Source: Verrucomicrobiota bacterium
GTDB taxonomy: Bacteria > Verrucomicrobiota > Verrucomicrobiia > Limisphaerales > JBBRPK01
DNA: 64,000 bases
NCBI GenBank assembly: GCA_038228235.1
Contig: JBBRPK010000008.1
Coordinates: 3,027 to 67,026, forward strand
Reading direction: 5' to 3'
The stretch's first letter is position 1, and every line of letters starts with the position of its first letter. The notes under the pieces are model-generated. The model made no database searches and had not been told where the DNA came from. It worked only from the letters and a program-made list of their open reading frames with translations. This document shows positions 61,501 to 64,000 of this stretch, piece by piece. The position numbers were made by a program, and so were the translations under genes.

Positions 61501-61723
61501 GCGCGTTAGCGCTCGTGTGGGCTGGATCGCCAACCGGCGCAGCCAGCATTGTTTGCTGGGTCAACAAAGGAACATTCTGCCGGCCCACAGAAGCCAGCTC
61601 GACAGTCTGCGAAGCTGTTTTTTGGACGGGATGGCTGCGCCAGAAAAATACCAACCCCAACAGCAGCGCGAATGCAGCGAGGCTGATCAACGGCCGGCGT
61701 AATTTTCTCATTTGTAATTGCAA
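52580..61723 (-). CDS. Giant M11 (gametolysin-like) metzincin with PKD/Ig, Calx-beta and delta-60 repeats, 3047 aa (P2)
   Basis: N-terminal hydrophobic anchor or signal, long prodomain, HELGHNFGLAH plus Met-turn YDVMG, Ig/PKD unit, carboxypeptidase-regulatory-like unit, many Calx-beta-like units, two delta-60 clusters; ends KRFYRAREL. Confidence 0.88.
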   Translation of the reverse strand: MQLQMRKLRRPLISLAAFALLLGLVFFWRSHPVQKTASQTVELASVGRQNVPLLTQQTMLAAPVGDPAHTSANAPTPTNSFLAFDSWAADYLGAPSETARADLLREGEHLAQARRKELAQVIQSDPQRALELAVSYGVRKRLPATIKELLEERVSGRGDFSLISCTPLPGRESEVPPDFRRVAINHRKYEAFVYGRRLQQRSQSGISIHGVAVDKYLAVSADPLRLLEPEEASDVLAAQHSKLQPACGVCGEKPALDSKPTLAELGGKIIHLCRPSEAAALNKQLSEAESRLAPHVPTSRTRSAASAPLSAASPLQASSAANSVQAAVSAASGSTLPISGQSRSQGRKRLLLMPVLFADDPRPPSSIDAIYALGESNNRFFVEGSYDTASFDTTVTPFLRLPEKKIYYGEFLDFALLGDAETLATSLGYDISFYDFRYVLFTSIAGVTFGGRSDGLVVGGGGAISHELGHNFGLAHANFWDTRGNRPLPVQPAPPLPPYPFDQDSLVGHDDINAPTRDAPAGKNPPDEEYGDIYDVMGSGGGHFSAAAKYLLNWLPDQFTRVITQSETNRVYAFDTPSITAGRLYALRIRKDFERTYWASYRQGFPNNPWLSSGIELTWENWPGTAGSVQLLDTTPGTTAGKNDAAVVVGRTYADPPEALYLTPVAKGGATPGEKWIDVVVQIGPFPTNVPPVLTLSASELTVTNGTTVTFTATADDPNGDALAYYWDFSDQTFGTNSRVNIKTFFNDGQYVVRCEASDMKGGVASAYVVVVVGNPTTFTMSGQVTDLNGNPIQGARVHNCGSLPPYVPPDPYKPPPPPTNGTYRYSYTDSQGYYTIGNIPPGTYTNRAFIYGYRTDPSTFADPTVLDSADALNLDHIATPLTSLIIQRQANAFEGGPIGKFKITRAGDTNQDLPVRFALSGTAVQGIDYQPLGSITTNITFTTNGSVVITNTVVATNDFGSFTIRAGSSSTNLNVVAIEDSSGTGPKTVEVTLLLQTNDFRISTMLTNIVSTNAMNTNVVVTNTFFVSITNQVSIPGWELLPSGPSNQLTWFQTYPTYVLATAEAAVTIFDNDPPDKPTVAVFTLDTDSIETVYDSATVTFVRFGGSVESNLVVNYSLSGTASNGVDYQKLSGSIIIPAGQRAVNLPIVGILDLFVEGDQTVDVTIGASPLYSIGGARTEIILVNDNLPLISIYSTDSSAVKTGGNGTVTLEREGDLTQDLLVNYLVTGTAVSGVDYQVLSGSTIIPAGQITTTISIRPINRANPAPSTVTLLLSPSTTYNISSLNNKATVTILDQLPVVTISGGATVVEGAGTPALFTVSRTGATNTGLLVNFEVGGSAIEGADYSSVGRSVTIPVGSVSATIPVLPIGDPFNEYGDISLDDTVIVQLAPGSGYSVGSPSSAIVVIGNDDPLELPAVGFLLSHSSGREDIGAAQLAVRISANPTNTKSPALIDYKVVTGGSAIQGVNYSFTGTGTLSFFHYTQPNPPPQFHQIENSVQFITIPLLNDDAITGNKSFTVTLFTHVGYITNYTTNMTIISTNITEAPTNCYVGDYRSHTFTIIDIGAAVVDIQATTPLAYEEGTRPGVFTVTRSGSTSKPLTVNFGVSGTAASGSDYVPFGNSVTIPAGTNAATITVVPNDDPTEELAETVTVTLLDGPGFSIGNGRDTIIIVDNDGTIQFSMANYQVNEGDGTALIGVQRSGDTNRLVTVDYLVNDGTATKGVDYSATNGRLTFNPGEILQTFSIQIINNSLVQPTRTISLVLTNPTGGVPLGGQKTATLFILDDDTAFVFATNNFRVNENGANAVVNINRIGLTNATNTVTFWTTDGSATNALDYRGVTNNLIFLPGDANKTVLIPIIDDALLEGNETVLLHLTNAIAGSPLGGSNSATLTIVDDECALQFSSPTYSVEEYAGFVTLVVQRVGGTINPVSVDYHTVDGTAIGTGPNGPDFLAASGTLFFRGDQFLLATNGSGNLQLQIGDTSQTILVPIIDNTQGGGNKTFSVVLNNPKGPPPPIAFLGSTTLGTPSNAVVTIIDDETPGNVDHQFNPGTGPNDRVLALALQADLSIVFGGDFTTVDGISFNRIARLQPNGNLDPSFNPGAGIDGTVDAVAMQADTKILVGGSFSRVDSTNRANLARLNADGNLDLSFAPAAAPNGLVRALAVQANGQILVGGDFTQPRSHLARLNPDGSLDAAFSPAVAGSVYTLGVQADGRIVLGGAFTGIGASVSPSIGRLNTNGTLDATFNTGKGPNGIVASLALQSDGRVVIGGRFTQFNGTNANYLARLLSTGALDPDFSPGTGPDAPVNSVAVHSSGKILLGGDFTSFNGASRNRFARLTPSGFLDNIFNVGAGANDSVRAILVQPDSAVVIGGDFTQVEGLPRNHLARIHGDERSDLTSVSFSAASYSVSEGAGAATITVVRSGNTNRAFSISFSTTNGTTTPFADYIPTNGVLNFGSGDLTRTFNVKIIDDTLIEDNETIFLFLTNAPGGVDLSGISAAVLTIVDNEKSIRFSSTNYFVNEGGSNAIITLTRQGPLIGAVSVTFSTTDGTAMAGADYLGITNVVNFADGQSNQTVLVPIIDDSITEGPETVNLMLSNPSGDVQLGLASSVLVIIDNEPGPGGVEPGFATGAGANNFVRSLALQRDGRILAGGGFTSFDNVPRNYVARLNANGALDLTFDPGTGADASVASVASLPDGRAVLGGAFTTINGTGYNRLGRLLANGAPDPSFNQVAGFNASVNVVALQADGRVLAGGGFSVPAHDITELLPAGSIDFSFNPGNGFDGPVHCALIQTNGQILLGGAFGSVNGFPCTRVARLNANGSVDSDFVTTALTNGSVYAMALQSDGKIVIGGDFYTTSNTNRVGLARLNADGSLDATFDPGSGANAAVFAVAVLPSGKIIVGGSFTTFNNVNRNRLVRLRQNGSVDTAFDPGTGPNNTVFAVIVLPDSNLLIGGAFNLVNGLTRNGVARIKSDDLDPAFLSIALSPGNPVQMTLRSQNGSVYVLEASQDLINWVPIRTNTASGPTLVLSDPAPNPGAKRFYRAREL

Positions 61724-61740
61724 AGCTTGTTTCTCAGTGA

Positions 61741-63999
61741 TTACGGGTTCACACGTACCCGGTAAAATCTCTTTCCCGCCGCCGGTGAACTATCGAGCGC
61801 CTTCAAGGTACCGTTGGTGGGGCCGTTGATAATGTTGGTTAAAACCTGCCAATTATTGGCGGCTGGGCCGGAGACGTATTCGACCCGACTAGTGGATTGC
61901 GCCTTGGCGCGCCAGGAAAGCTGAACCTGATAGCCTTTTGTCATCGTGATTTGCAATCCCGTGCTATTTGGCTCCGGAAGGGGAGTGGGATCGTCGGCAT
62001 TGACGATGCCATCGCCGTCCGAATCCAAATCTCTGCTCGTTACCAAAGCGGTATTGAAAGTAAAAGTTCGGCCATCCGGATAAGTAATGTTGGTGGAACT
62101 GAGGGGGCCGGTGAAACCGCTGATCCAATGCAATCGTCCGCCCGTGCTGTTATCAAGTTTGAGCGGGTTGAGATTGGAATTGGCGAAATAAATGGTGATA
62201 TCCGGGCTGATGTCCAAAGCCAAATTGAAATTCGTAGCATAGTTGAGCAATTCGAGATAATCCACATAAAGGGCCCTGCCCGTTTGGCCCGAGGGCGCGC
62301 CAAAGTGGAACAGGGAATTAGTGGCTCCATTTAAAGTCAATTTTCCAAGCGCCAGATTATTGTTGTATCCAGCGACTGTCGGCCCCCGGTCCTCCGCAGC
62401 CCACGTATGGAAGGAGTCCTGCCCGAAACCAGAGGCCACGGAGGTGAGATAAGTGGCTAACAAATCGCTGGTGCGTGGCAGCGTCAGCATTTGAAACCCG
62501 GCGGTCCCCAGCCAGTGATTGATGCCGCTCTGCCCCGAATCGACCAAACTGTTTGTGACTGAGAAAATCAAGCTCCCGTGCTGAATTATCCCTGCCTGGA
62601 GGAAGGAATTGGAAACCACTAGATCCCTGGCGAAAATCTGCACATCCGAGTTGCCCTCCAGCACCGCGCCATAGGAATTAGTGATGCTGATAAAGTTGGT
62701 CACAAAGCCAAAAGGTGGGAACGGATTGAAGGTGACGATCGGCGTGGGGTCGTTAAAAATTACCAGGGGCGGCCCCATCATGCTGGCGGTGAGCGCGTCC
62801 AATCGCAAGAGTCCGGCATTGGCGATGATGGACCCGCTATTCTCAAAATTAAGAGTGCGAATGAAGTGAGCGGCGGCCGTATTGGTGCCCCGGTTGATAT
62901 AATTGTCATAAGGGAAAGGACGGTCGGTGCCCGCTTTGGCGAGTTGGAGAATATTGATGATTCCTTCGTTGGTGAAATCAACCACTCCCAGAAAATTGGT
63001 CGCGCCCCAACTTGCGCCCAAGGGCAAGGAAAGCCCTCCCTTGATGTCCAGCCCATGCGCTTCAGCCAAAAACGACTTTCCGATGTTAAGCTTGTCACAA
63101 ATGATTAGGTTGGCCGCATGAGCGGCAAACTCGTTCACTACCACTGGTTGCACGTTTGTGAACCTGGCATCGACGATCAGCACATGGAAAAAAAACTCAT
63201 TCGTCGGCGAGGAATTAGTCTCAAAATTCTTCCAAGTGGCTGACCAGGCGGCAATGTCGCCGGAAAGCCGGCGCACCGTTGCGGGGGCAAGATTGGAAAT
63301 AATCATTCGCGGCGCCAGCGTGGTGGCGTCAAAATTTACCCAGGGGGCATCGACTCTGGCCAATTGATTGCTGGTCAGATTCTTGGAGGCTTTGATGACG
63401 AGGGCCGATTCGGCCCGGATGCGGGTCTGCTCAAGATTGACTTCTTCTCCGATGACCTGGATGCGGCCGGGAAAGTTGGTTAGCGTGCCGCCATTGGTCA
63501 GGGCTGTGGAGGCCACAGTACCGATGCTGGCATCATAGGCGGCGTAGCGATTTGTCACGACATTAAACTGAAAAGAAGGTCTCCACAGCAGGGCTGGAGT
63601 GAAGATGGCGTTGGTCTGAAAGCCGAAAAAACCAAAGTTCGCCGGCGCGAGGTGACTGAGTTGGTAAGTGTTGGGACGCCGGCTGTTGCCGACGCCGTTC
63701 ACGGCAAGAAAGGCATTGGTAACCACGCCCAGCGCATCGGATAGATAAATGCTGTCAGTGGTAAAAACCTGATCAACGATGTCGAAATCAGTGCTATGGA
63801 AAGCGACCACGGGGATGCTGGCGCCGTTGTTGGCTTCACCAACAAAGTCGGGCAGAAATTGCACTTCGGTAGTCAAATTCGGATCGGGGTAATTGGTCGG
63901 GTAAAATACCACTTGGACCACGAAGTTGGTAGCCGAGCCGGGGAGTTGGTTGGTCAGGACTGCCGCCGTATAGTTGCTGGGATTGAAACCGAACGGCAA
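61741..63999 (-). CDS. C-terminal 752+ aa of a large exported protein of unknown function (P1); 5' end lies beyond the window
   Basis: Open frame to the window end; Asn/Thr-rich beta sequence with NxGxI repeats, DSDGDGIVNADD Ca-binding-like loop; ends KRFYRVRVNP. Confidence 0.85.
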   Translation of the reverse strand: MPFGFNPSNYTAAVLTNQLPGSATNFVVQVVFYPTNYPDPNLTTEVQFLPDFVGEANNGASIPVVAFHSTDFDIVDQVFTTDSIYLSDALGVVTNAFLAVNGVGNSRRPNTYQLSHLAPANFGFFGFQTNAIFTPALLWRPSFQFNVVTNRYAAYDASIGTVASTALTNGGTLTNFPGRIQVIGEEVNLEQTRIRAESALVIKASKNLTSNQLARVDAPWVNFDATTLAPRMIISNLAPATVRRLSGDIAAWSATWKNFETNSSPTNEFFFHVLIVDARFTNVQPVVVNEFAAHAANLIICDKLNIGKSFLAEAHGLDIKGGLSLPLGASWGATNFLGVVDFTNEGIINILQLAKAGTDRPFPYDNYINRGTNTAAAHFIRTLNFENSGSIIANAGLLRLDALTASMMGPPLVIFNDPTPIVTFNPFPPFGFVTNFISITNSYGAVLEGNSDVQIFARDLVVSNSFLQAGIIQHGSLIFSVTNSLVDSGQSGINHWLGTAGFQMLTLPRTSDLLATYLTSVASGFGQDSFHTWAAEDRGPTVAGYNNNLALGKLTLNGATNSLFHFGAPSGQTGRALYVDYLELLNYATNFNLALDISPDITIYFANSNLNPLKLDNSTGGRLHWISGFTGPLSSTNITYPDGRTFTFNTALVTSRDLDSDGDGIVNADDPTPLPEPNSTGLQITMTKGYQVQLSWRAKAQSTSRVEYVSGPAANNWQVLTNIINGPTNGTLKALDSSPAAGKRFYRVRVNP

Positions 64000-64000
64000 G

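Noticed and set aside
30330-61723. Repetitiveness suggesting CRISPR, DGR template/variable repeats or recent tandem duplication
   Set aside because: Repeats are protein-level and diverged at synonymous sites. I saw no identical nucleotide repeat-spacer pattern, no adenine-specific mismatch pair and no reverse transcriptase or cas gene.
24500-63400. Many plus-strand ORFs up to 384 aa inside the giant genes
   Set aside because: Expected from codon bias on the antisense strand of repetitive Thr/Val/Asn/Gly-rich genes; the translations are featureless and mirror the sense repeats.
24262-63999. Assignment of the giant proteins to T1SS/RTX, autotransporter, PEP-CTERM, sortase or T9SS cargo
   Set aside because: No GGxGxD nonapeptide runs, no C-terminal barrel ending in an aromatic residue, no PEP/LPxTG plus TM segment, and the tail does not resemble the T9SS CTD consensus.

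Overview
Bacterial genomic window with no rRNA, tRNA, CRISPR or transposase that I can support. Gene style and content suggest a Pedosphaera/Limisphaera-like Verrucomicrobiota member (inference only). Positions 1-24.3 kb are mostly housekeeping: a purM 5' fragment missed by the ORF track, an MFS transporter, a galU-like gene, a Tat oxidoreductase, a phoU-pstSCAB1B2 operon, trpA, manC, DAHP synthase, an RraA-like gene, a TPMT-like methyltransferase, recF, a PAS kinase-like gene, an M13 peptidase, glgB and coaE. Positions 24.3-64 kb are a head-to-tail minus-strand array of at least five giant exported proteins (over 13,000 aa; the first gene runs off the window end). They are built from Calx-beta, delta-60 (DUF5122) propeller, DUF11 and P-domain modules, two carry zinc-protease domains (M11, M36), and all five end in the same ~75-aa domain terminating in RFYR-x-R, a candidate shared secretion/sorting signal. 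Other unusual points: reciprocally degenerate PstB paralogues, PhoU fused to an ArsC/LMW-PTP domain lacking its nucleophile, a kinase-like protein with a dead ATP-binding domain, Thr-Asn-rich inserts in the giant proteins, a heptamer repeat in a signal-peptide region, and a REP-like inverted repeat. Domain names and counts are by-eye recognition, not database results.
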